A stretch of 63,953 nucleotides of DNA, the filler included, from Reticulomyxa filosa (Eukaryota; Protista; Foraminifera), in the NCBI GenBank assembly GCA_000512085.1. It is 21 parts of 21 records of this genome, joined end to end, with 100 filler letters (N's around TTAATTAATTAA, not from the genome) between each part and the next. Parts side by side here need not be neighbours in the genome. Positions count along the whole stretch, not along the records: positions 62,932 to 63,953 come from ASPP01014679.1; 20 more parts are not named here. The stretch is one strand, 5' to 3'. Of this stretch, positions 63,944-63,953 are shown piece after piece. The stretch's first letter is position 1. Each line of letters starts with the position of its first letter. Below the pieces are notes generated by a model that worked only from the letters and a program-made list of their open reading frames with translations, was not told the origin of the DNA and searched no databases. The position numbers were made by a program, and so were the translations under genes.

Positions 63944-63949
63944 AAGGAG
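63944..63949 (+). promoter_or_regulatory. Shine-Dalgarno (AAGGAG) for a gene beyond the window
   Basis: AAGGAG followed by acaa at the window end, in a bacterial context. Confidence 0.55.
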
Positions 63950-63953
63950 ACAA

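Overview
This is not one locus. It is 21 unrelated contig pieces joined by 20 identical 100-nt artificial spacers (N44-TTAATTAATTAA-N44), so adjacency across a spacer has no biological meaning. Twenty pieces are AT-rich, intron-containing eukaryotic DNA. The expanded WD40/Kelch/CAP-Gly/TPR families, many decayed gene copies and a highly divergent alpha-tubulin suggest a rhizarian, probably a foraminiferan such as Reticulomyxa; this is inferred from motif recognition, not a search. Recognisable products include an S10 serine carboxypeptidase, PNKP, a UPRT-like PRTase, a PUF protein, CDC45, a GMC oxidoreductase, an RNF213-like AAA+ module, the CSB/ERCC6 C-terminus, a DUF1765-like protein, a multi-TM RGS protein, a GT60 GlcNAc-transferase, cytochrome c heme lyase, a cytochrome b5 domain protein, ADPRM, a GVIN/VLIG-like C-terminus, RPB11 and ZNF622/Rei1. 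Several features are missed by the ORF track: a complete, internally deleted Tc1-type transposon (10093-11150) with three related TIR ends elsewhere, a Met-less ~425-codon Pro/Thr/His/Arg repeat ORF, a gypsy integrase relic and a dynein heavy-chain relic. Many introns have T-rich 5' halves and A-rich 3' ends. The last piece (62932-63953) is bacterial-looking: an EamA/DMT transporter followed by a possibly structured leader. No single novel multi-gene system can be supported from this window.
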